The notes under the pieces are model-generated. The model was not told the DNA's origin, made no database searches, and saw nothing but the letters and a program-made list of their open reading frames with translations. Shown in pieces: positions 6,435 through 12,804 of a stretch of DNA of 24,000 bases. Position 1 is the stretch's first letter. The number at the start of each line of letters is the position of its first letter. Position numbers and translations under genes: made by a program. The DNA comes from an uncultured Gaiellaceae bacterium (GTDB taxonomy: Bacteria; Actinomycetota; Thermoleophilia; Gaiellales; Gaiellaceae): contig CAWATM010000017.1 of the NCBI GenBank assembly GCA_963784895.1, positions 157,251 to 181,250 on the forward strand, read 5' to 3'.

Positions 6435-6719
6435 ATGGCAATCACACGCGAAGAGGTCCTGCACGTCGCGAAGCTGGCGAGCCTCGAGTTGACCGACGAC
6501 GAGGTCGAGCGGCTGACCGGCGAGCTGAGCGCAATCCTGGAGGCGGTCTCGAAGGTGAGCGAGCTCGACCTCGCCGACGTGCCGCCGACCTCGCATCCGC
6601 TCCAGCTCGTCAACACCTGGGCCGAGGACGAGCCGCGGCCATCGCTTTCGCTCGACGAGGCTTTCGCGAACGCGCCCGCGCGCGAGGGCGACCTCTTCAA
6701 GGTGCCGCCGACCGCATGA
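6435..6719 (+). CDS. gatC: Asp/Glu-tRNA amidotransferase subunit C
   Basis: 94 aa. MAITREEVLHVAKLASLELTDDEVERLTGELSAILE is typical of GatC. It is followed by gatA with an ATGA overlap. GGAAGGA lies upstream. Confidence 0.92.
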   Translation: MAITREEVLHVAKLASLELTDDEVERLTGELSAILEAVSKVSELDLADVPPTSHPLQLVNTWAEDEPRPSLSLDEAFANAPAREGDLFKVPPTA

Positions 6720-8119
6720 TCGACACACTTCGTCTCAGCGTCGAGGACGCGCTTGGCCTGCTCGAGCGCAAGCAGGTCTCGGGGACCGAGCTCCACCGTG
6801 CTTACCTCGATGCCGTCGGCGAGCGCGACGGCGAGCTGCACTGCTACCTGCGGACGGTCGAGAACGCGGAGGGCGACGGCGTCCCGATCGCGCTCAAGGA
6901 CGTGATCTCGACGAAGGGCATCGAGACGACCGCAGGGTCGAAGATCCTCGCCGGCTACGTGCCCGTCTTCGACGCGACCGTCGCCGCGCGCTGCCGCGAA
7001 GCCGGGTTGCCGGTGATCGGCAAGACGAACACGGACGAGTTCGCGATGGGCTCCTCGACCGAGAACTCGGCCTACGGCCCGACGCACAACCCGTGGGACC
7101 CGAAGCGCGTGCCGGGCGGCTCGGGCGGCGGGACCGCGGCCGCGGTCTCGGCCGGGCTCGCGCCCTGGGGGCTCGGCTCCGACACGGGCGGCTCGATCAA
7201 GCAGCCGTCCGCGCTCTGCGGCAACGTCGGCCTGCGGCCGACGTACGGCACGGTCAGCCGCTACGGCGTCGTCGCGTTCGCGTCGAGCCTCGACCAGATC
7301 GGACCGGTCGCGAGGAACGTCCGCGACTGCGCCCGGCTCTACTCGATCATTGCCGGCAAGGATCCGGCCGATTCGACGACTGTCGACGTGCCGCCGGTCG
7401 AGCTGCCTGAGGGAGAGAGCCTGCAGGGCGTCCGGATCGGCGTCCCCAAGGAGATGAACGAGGCCGAGGGGATCGAGCCGGGCGTGTCCGCCGCCGTCCA
7501 GAGGGCGATCGAGCTGGCGCGGGAGCTCGGCGCGGAGGTGGGGGAGTGCGAGCTGCCCCGCTCGGTCGAGTACGGCCTCGCCTGCTACTACCTGATCGCC
7601 CCGGCCGAGGCGTCCTCGAACCTGGCGCGCTATGACGGTGTCCGCTACGGCCTCCGCGTCGATGCCGCCAACTACTACGAGATGGTCGAGCGCACGCGCG
7701 ATGCGGGGTTCGGGGACGAGCCGAAGCGCCGGATCATGCTCGGCACCTACGCGCTGTCGGCCGGCTACTACGACGCCTACTACGGCCAGGCCCAGAAGGT
7801 GCGAACGCTGATCGCGCGGGAGCATGCGGCGGCGTTCGAGCGGTTCGACCTGCTCGTCTCGCCGACCTCGCCGACAGTGGCGTTCGAGTTGGGCGAGCGG
7901 GCGGCCGACCCGCTCGCGATGTACCTCTCCGACCTGCTCACGATCCCATCCTGCATGGCCGGGCTGCCGGGCCTGAACGTCCCCTGCGGCCTCTCCGACG
8001 GCCTCCCGGTCGGGCTGCAGCTGATCGGGCCGCAGCTCTCGGAGAACACGCTCTTCCGCGCCGGGCACGCGCTCGAGCGCGCACTCGGCTTCGACCCGGT
8101 TCCGGAGCGGCTTCGGTGA
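6716..8119 (+). CDS. gatA: Asp/Glu-tRNA amidotransferase subunit A (amidase signature)
   Basis: 467 aa with the amidase signature GGSSGG-like block VPGGSGGGTAAAVSAG and GSDTGGSIKQPSALCG. The gatC-gatA-gatB order is conserved. Confidence 0.95.
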   Translation: MIDTLRLSVEDALGLLERKQVSGTELHRAYLDAVGERDGELHCYLRTVENAEGDGVPIALKDVISTKGIETTAGSKILAGYVPVFDATVAARCREAGLPVIGKTNTDEFAMGSSTENSAYGPTHNPWDPKRVPGGSGGGTAAAVSAGLAPWGLGSDTGGSIKQPSALCGNVGLRPTYGTVSRYGVVAFASSLDQIGPVARNVRDCARLYSIIAGKDPADSTTVDVPPVELPEGESLQGVRIGVPKEMNEAEGIEPGVSAAVQRAIELARELGAEVGECELPRSVEYGLACYYLIAPAEASSNLARYDGVRYGLRVDAANYYEMVERTRDAGFGDEPKRRIMLGTYALSAGYYDAYYGQAQKVRTLIAREHAAAFERFDLLVSPTSPTVAFELGERAADPLAMYLSDLLTIPSCMAGLPGLNVPCGLSDGLPVGLQLIGPQLSENTLFRAGHALERALGFDPVPERLR

Positions 8120-9525
8120 GCGCGCACGCCTGGCAGCCCGTCGTCGGGCTCGAGATCCACGTCCAGCTGAAGACGCGGACGAAGATGTTCTGCCGCTGCG
8201 CGAACGGCTTCGGCGGCGGCGAGAACGCGCAGACCTGCCCCGTCTGCCTCGGCTTCCCGGGTGCGCTGCCGACCGTGAACCGGGTTGCCGTCGAGTGGAC
8301 GATCAAGCTCGGCCTTGCGCTCGACTGCGAGATCGCGCCGCACGCCGTCTTCGCGCGCAAGAACTACTTCTACCCCGACCTGCCGAAGGGCTATCAGATC
8401 TCGCAATACGATCTACCTTCTTGCACCAACGGCAAGGTGCTAGTCCCGACGCCGGACGGTGACCACGAGATCGGGATCGTCCGCGCGCACCTCGAAGAGG
8501 ACGCCGCGAAGACCACACACGTCGGCGGCCGCACCGGCCGCATCGGCGGCGCCGACTATTCGCTCGTCGACTTCAACCGCGGCGGCACACCCCTGGTCGA
8601 GATCGTCACCGGCCCCGACGTCCACTCCTCCGAGGACGCACGCCGCTTCCTGCAGCTGCTGCGGCAGACGATCGTCGAGCTCGGGATCTCCGACGCGGAG
8701 ATGGAGAAGGGCACGCTCCGCGTCGACGCGAACGTCTCCGTGCGCCCGGAGGGGTCGGACGAGCTCCGCACGCGCTGCGAGCTGAAGAACATGAACTCGT
8801 TCCGCTTCGTCGCTCAGGGGATCGACGCGGAGGTCGCGCGTCAGATCGCCGTTTACGACGGCGGCGGCGAGATCGTCCAGGAGACCTACGACTTCGACGC
8901 CGCCAGCGGCAAGCTGACCGCGCGGCGCTCGAAGGAGGAGGCCGACGACTACCGCTACTTCCCCGAGCCCGATCTCGTCCCGGTCGAGCCGCCGGCGGAG
9001 CTCGTCGAGCGGCTGCGGGCCGAGGTGCCGGAGAGCCCCGCGCGTCGGATCCGCCGGATCGAGGCCGAGCTCGACCTCGACCGGGCGGTCGTGCTCGTCA
9101 CCGGCGGGCTGGACGCGCTCTGGCAGGCGACCGTGGCTGCGGGAGCGGACGGTCTCGCCGCCGCAAACCTGATCGCGAACCGGCTTGCCGGCGTCGACAC
9201 GGGCGCCGTCGACCCGGCCGAGCTGGCGAAGCTCGTCGAGGCGCGCGACCGGATCCCGCGTGCGGCGCTCGACGACGCGCTCGGCAACGTCGCGGAGCCG
9301 GGCTTCGCGGCGGCGGACTACCTGGCGCAGGAGGCCGTCTCCGACACGGCCGAGCTGGAGCCGATCGTCGCCCGCATTCTGGACGCGAACCCGGGCCAGG
9401 TCGCCGCCTACAAGGGCGGCAAGGAGGGCCTGCTCGGCTATTTCGTCGGCCAGGTGATGAAGGAGACCGGTGGCAAGGCGAACGCTCGCACGGTGAGCGA
9501 GCTCGTCCGCGAGAAGCTTCAGTAG
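8116..9525 (+). CDS. gatB: Asp/Glu-tRNA amidotransferase subunit B
   Basis: 469 aa. WQPVVGLEIHVQLKTRTKMFC, CPVCLGFPGALP, KNYFYPDLPKGYQISQ and a C-terminal YqeY-like tail (GYFVGQVMKETGGKANA) are present. It has a GTGA overlap with gatA. Confidence 0.95.
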   Translation: MSAHAWQPVVGLEIHVQLKTRTKMFCRCANGFGGGENAQTCPVCLGFPGALPTVNRVAVEWTIKLGLALDCEIAPHAVFARKNYFYPDLPKGYQISQYDLPSCTNGKVLVPTPDGDHEIGIVRAHLEEDAAKTTHVGGRTGRIGGADYSLVDFNRGGTPLVEIVTGPDVHSSEDARRFLQLLRQTIVELGISDAEMEKGTLRVDANVSVRPEGSDELRTRCELKNMNSFRFVAQGIDAEVARQIAVYDGGGEIVQETYDFDAASGKLTARRSKEEADDYRYFPEPDLVPVEPPAELVERLRAEVPESPARRIRRIEAELDLDRAVVLVTGGLDALWQATVAAGADGLAAANLIANRLAGVDTGAVDPAELAKLVEARDRIPRAALDDALGNVAEPGFAAADYLAQEAVSDTAELEPIVARILDANPGQVAAYKGGKEGLLGYFVGQVMKETGGKANARTVSELVREKLQ

Positions 9526-9534
9526 CCTGGCGGC

Positions 9535-9984
9535 GTGAATCCCGACTTCCGCAAGGTCGCTCTGATCGCGGCGTCGCTCGGACTGCTCGTCAGTCTCTTC
9601 TTCGCGTTGCGGCCGGACGACGACGACGAGACGGCGGCGACGACGACGGCGCAGACGACGACCGAGGCGCCGCCTCCGACGACCAGCGAGCAGGCGACGA
9701 CGGCGCCTCCGGAGCAGCCGGCGGTCGTGCGTGCGCTGATCGTCGTCCCCGCCGATACTGCGCCGACGGTGAAGCAGTTCTCCGTCGAGCGTGACCGCCA
9801 GGTCGAGCTCGTCGTCGAGTCGGAGCTCACCGATCACGTGCACCTGCACGGGTACGACCTGACGGCCGACGTCGGGCCGGGCGTGCCTGGCACGATCCGG
9901 TTCCAGGCGACGGCGCCGGGTCGGTTCGAGATCGAGCTCGAGGAGCGCGGCCTCCAGATCGGCGAGCTCGAGGTCCGCCCCTGA
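9535..9984 (+). CDS. membrane-anchored cupredoxin-like domain protein
   Basis: 149 aa with an N-terminal TM anchor (VALIAASLGLLVSLFFAL) and an Asp/Thr/Pro-rich linker. The roughly 90-aa C-terminal beta domain carries ELTDHVHLHGYDL...PGRFEIELEERGLQIGELEVRP, which resembles EfeO-N/cupredoxin-like domains. GTG start. TAGCCT lies 6 nt upstream. Confidence 0.65.
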   Translation: MNPDFRKVALIAASLGLLVSLFFALRPDDDDETAATTTAQTTTEAPPPTTSEQATTAPPEQPAVVRALIVVPADTAPTVKQFSVERDRQVELVVESELTDHVHLHGYDLTADVGPGVPGTIRFQATAPGRFEIELEERGLQIGELEVRP

Positions 9985-11339
9985 GCGTCGTTGCGCATGG
10001 GATCGGCGGCGTCAAGGATCTGCCCGTCCCAGACTGGCTGTTCTTCTGGGGCGCCGCCGTCGTGCTCGTCCTGTCGTTCCTCGCGCTCGGCACGCTCTGG
10101 AAGCGCCCGCAGCTCGAGCGGCGGGCGCCGGGGCGGCCGCTCCCCGCCGGCCTCGAGCGCGTGCTCCGCTCGACCGCTCTCCGCTTGGTCGTCGGCGCAC
10201 TCTCCGCCGGTCTGCTCGCACTCGTCTTTCTGACCGCACTGATCGGCGAGCCGTCGTCGGCGGTGAACTTCGCGCCGAGGTTCGTCCTCGTCATCTTCTG
10301 GGTCGGCCTCGTCCCGGTGCAAGTCCTGCTCGGCAACGTCTGGCCGGTGCTGAACCCGTGGCTCGCGGTCGCCGACGCGGTCGCGTGGATCTGGCGCAAG
10401 CTCGGGCAAGAGTGGACACCGCCGCTCGTCTACCGGGAGCGGCTCGGCGTCTGGCCCGCCGCGTTCACGCTCTTCTGCTTCGTCGCGCTCGAGCTCGCCT
10501 ACGCGGAGCCCGCGAGCCCGCGCGCGCTCGCGCTCGCGATCGCGCTCTACAGCTATGCGATGTGGTTCGGGATGGTGGCAGTCGGCCGGAAGGCCTGGGA
10601 CGAGCACGGCAACGGCTTCACGGTCTACTTCGGCCTGCTCGCCCGGATCGCGCCGTTCGGCGAGCACGAGGGCAGGCTCGTCCTCCGAATGCCCTTCTCC
10701 GGGCTGGCGGGCGCGGAGCGGACGGCGGGAATGCTCGCGTTCATCGCCGTCATGCTCGGCTCGGTCGGCTACGACGGGCTCAGCCGCGCACCGTTCTGGC
10801 AGAACCTCCGCGCCGACCTCGAACGTCCCTACGTCGTCGACAAGCCCGGAACGGCGGAGCTGCTCTCGAGCGGCCTGGCGCTCGCGGGTTTGCTCGGCTG
10901 CATCTTCCTCGTCGCGTCCGCCTACCTGGCGGCCACCACCATCGCGGAGCGGATGATCGAGTCGGATCGGCCACTCGCACCCGAGTTCCTCCAGAGCCTC
11001 GTGCCGATCGCGCTCGTCTACGCAGTCGCGCACTACTTCACGCTGCTCGTCATCGAGGGCCAGTATGTGTGGCCGCACGCGTCGGATCCCTTCGGGTTCG
11101 GCTGGAATCTCTTCGGCACCGCCGACGACGCCGTCAACCTCGCGCCGATCTCGCCGAACCTCGTTGCCTACATCCAGGTCGGCGCGATCGTTCTCGGGCA
11201 CGCCGCGGGGCTGGCCGTGGCACACGACCGTGCCGTGACGATCCTCCCGGCGCGGGACGCCCTGCGTTCGCAGTACGCGATGCTGTTCATGATGGTGCTC
11301 TACTCGACGGCCGGGCTCTGGCTCCTGTGGAACACCTGA
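9981..11339 (+). CDS. conserved polytopic membrane protein (function unknown), probable CTG start
   Basis: The track ORF 10062..11339 (425 aa) is multi-TM. The in-frame sequence upstream, (L)SVVAHGIGGVKDLPVPDWLFFWGAAVV, is coding-like and begins exactly at the upstream stop (CTGA, 9981-9984). Conserved-looking blocks include HASDPFGFGWNLFG and IVLGHAAGLAVAHDRA. Confidence 0.7.
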   Translation: MSVVAHGIGGVKDLPVPDWLFFWGAAVVLVLSFLALGTLWKRPQLERRAPGRPLPAGLERVLRSTALRLVVGALSAGLLALVFLTALIGEPSSAVNFAPRFVLVIFWVGLVPVQVLLGNVWPVLNPWLAVADAVAWIWRKLGQEWTPPLVYRERLGVWPAAFTLFCFVALELAYAEPASPRALALAIALYSYAMWFGMVAVGRKAWDEHGNGFTVYFGLLARIAPFGEHEGRLVLRMPFSGLAGAERTAGMLAFIAVMLGSVGYDGLSRAPFWQNLRADLERPYVVDKPGTAELLSSGLALAGLLGCIFLVASAYLAATTIAERMIESDRPLAPEFLQSLVPIALVYAVAHYFTLLVIEGQYVWPHASDPFGFGWNLFGTADDAVNLAPISPNLVAYIQVGAIVLGHAAGLAVAHDRAVTILPARDALRSQYAMLFMMVLYSTAGLWLLWNT

Positions 11340-11464
11340 TCGCCCACGGCGGCGTCGGCGGCGCGATCGTCGAGGCGCTCCTCGCCGTCTCGATCGCGGG
11401 AGCGTTCCTCGCCGTCTACCTGCGGGAGCGGCGGGGCCGCCGCTCCCGCGACGACGACGCCTAG
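11327..11464 (+). CDS. small single-pass membrane protein (45 aa)
   Basis: GTG 11327 overlaps the last 13 nt of the upstream gene. The product is MEHLIAHGGVGGAIVEALLAVSIAGAFLAVYLRERRGRRSRDDDA, one TM helix plus a basic/acidic tail. 42 of 45 third positions are G/C. In the track it appears only as the tail of a 368-aa alternate-frame ORF. Confidence 0.5.
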   Translation: MEHLIAHGGVGGAIVEALLAVSIAGAFLAVYLRERRGRRSRDDDA

Positions 11465-12021
11465 ATCAGGCCGCAGGAACGGGCCGTGTTCGGCCAGGGG
11501 TAGAAGCCGCGGCCGCTCCGGTGGGCCCGCTCCGCGACCCACATCTGCTCGGCCGCCGTCCAGCGGTTGGCCGTCCCCTTGCGTCGCAGCAGCTCGCCGC
11601 CGTAGGTGCGCTGGAAGGCGAGGTCCATCTGCAGGCCGCCGTAGTAGCCGTTGCCGGTCCGCGTCGCCCAGCCCTGCTCGGGATGGCGCTCATAGCGATG
11701 GATGCAAAGCCACTGGCTCCGGTGCGGCGGGTACTGCGCGAGGCGCTGGGCCTTCGTGGCGCGACGCTGCCAGAGGTCGCGCAGCCAACGGAGATAGGCG
11801 ACGTCCTTGCTCCGCCGCTCGCGGTAGAGCGTCGGCGTGCGCGGCTTGCTCATCAGAGCCTGCCAGCGCCACGTCTCCTTGCGGTACGCGTCGATCGCGT
11901 CGAGTTGCGCCAGGCGCGCCGCAGACGACGTCGCAGCCTTGGGCTCGGTCTGGCCGGCCGCGCCGAGTGCGATGGAGAGGGCGCCGGCAAGCACGAGCAG
12001 GCGCACGAACGGGTTCCTCAC
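11461..12021 (-). CDS. secreted Rpf-like (transglycosylase-like domain) protein
   Basis: 186 aa with a signal peptide (LLVLAGALSIALGAAG). The C-terminal WLCIHRYE...TGNGYYGGLQMDLAF...YGG...AAEQMWVAE...WPNTARSCG matches the resuscitation-promoting-factor domain pattern (W..I..CE...TGNGYYGGLQF...EQ...WP.C). GTG start lies 4 nt after GGAGG. Confidence 0.8.
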   Translation of the reverse strand: MRNPFVRLLVLAGALSIALGAAGQTEPKAATSSAARLAQLDAIDAYRKETWRWQALMSKPRTPTLYRERRSKDVAYLRWLRDLWQRRATKAQRLAQYPPHRSQWLCIHRYERHPEQGWATRTGNGYYGGLQMDLAFQRTYGGELLRRKGTANRWTAAEQMWVAERAHRSGRGFYPWPNTARSCGLI

Positions 12022-12144
12022 ATGACCTCCAAGATCGTTGACACGGGTGGCGCGCGCCGGGCACGGATGGAGCCGCAGGCGGCCCGGGCGGCGATGTTGC
12101 GGGTCTAGGCTAGCAACCGTACTGTTTGCAAAAGGTAAGAACCG

Positions 12145-12759
12145 TCAGCGCGAGGAGATGGTTCCTGCGTACAAAAGTCCTGCAGCAACGGCGATGAACA
12201 CGGCCGTCGGGGCCGCGCCGAGTCCCGCGACGGCACTGCCGGCGGCGGCTGTGGCGAAGCCGGCGAGCAGCAGCGCGTTGCCGAGTGGGCGCCTGCGGAA
12301 ACCCCTGAGCGCGACGACGATCAGGGCGAGCGAGCCGGCGACGTTGCCGACGATCGCGAGCATTCTCGTCGGGAAGAGCGCCAGGTGCTCCTGCGCTTCC
12401 GGGATCGCGGTGCCGCCGACCGGCTCCTCCAGCGGGGCGGCGAGCACGACCCCGATCGCGAGCCCGGTGTAGACGAGCGCAACCGGCCCGGCGATCCGCA
12501 CGCCGGCGAGCAGCAGCGAGCCGGCGCCGAGGAGCGCCGCCGTGAGCAGGCCGCCGAAGAGGTAGTACACCCGGAAGCTGCCCTCGTTCCAGCCGGCGGC
12601 CGCGCCGGCGGCGATCGCGGCCGCGCCGAGGGCGTACGCGGCGAGCCCGGCGCTCCAGGCGAGCATGTGCGGGTGCCGCTGCGCACGCCATCGCGCCGCG
12701 AGCAGCCCGGCGAGCCGGAGCGCGAGCAAGGCGGCGCCGAAGGCGAGGAGCGCTTCCAC
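12145..12759 (-). CDS. hypothetical integral membrane protein (about 6 TM)
   Basis: 204 aa, Ala/Leu/Gly-rich hydrophobic segments throughout, strong GC3 bias. GTG start with TACGCT 7 nt upstream and no Shine-Dalgarno. No family recognised. Confidence 0.65.
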   Translation of the reverse strand: MEALLAFGAALLALRLAGLLAARWRAQRHPHMLAWSAGLAAYALGAAAIAAGAAAGWNEGSFRVYYLFGGLLTAALLGAGSLLLAGVRIAGPVALVYTGLAIGVVLAAPLEEPVGGTAIPEAQEHLALFPTRMLAIVGNVAGSLALIVVALRGFRRRPLGNALLLAGFATAAAGSAVAGLGAAPTAVFIAVAAGLLYAGTISSR

Positions 12760-12766
12760 GCCGGGG

Positions 12767-12797
12767 AGCGTATTCCGTCACCGCGCCGCGCTAGGCT
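12767..12797. promoter_or_regulatory. back-to-back -10 boxes in a 45-bp divergent intergenic region (both genes candidate leaderless)
   Basis: Plus strand: TAGGCT (12792-12797), 7 nt, then ATG 12805. Minus strand: TACGCT (12772-12767), 7 nt, then GTG 12759. Neither start has a Shine-Dalgarno. Confidence 0.4.
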
Positions 12798-12804
12798 GCG
12801 GGCG

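Noticed and set aside
10358-11326. The 368-aa alternate-frame ORF inside the membrane protein gene.
   Set aside because: It is Arg/Ala-rich nonsense over the region covered by the hydrophobic, motif-bearing frame. Only its last 45 codons, which lie beyond the membrane gene stop, are retained as a candidate mini-protein.
12022-12106. A cyclic-di-AMP (ydaO-type) riboswitch upstream of the Rpf-like gene, as is known for rpf genes in other actinobacteria.
   Set aside because: The leader of about 85-120 nt lacks the conserved ydaO core elements that I can recall, such as the paired ACGGGGA/CCCA-type segments and pseudo-twofold architecture. I see only generic GC-rich palindromes (GCCCGGGC). A covariance-model scan would be needed to be certain.
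12385-12804. The N-terminal 140 codons of the 524-aa track ORF as part of the aminotransferase.
   Set aside because: This stretch is low-complexity (Arg/Gly/Glu/Pro) and overlaps the opposite-strand membrane protein gene. Class-V aminotransferases start close to the GPTP motif, which follows ATG 12805.
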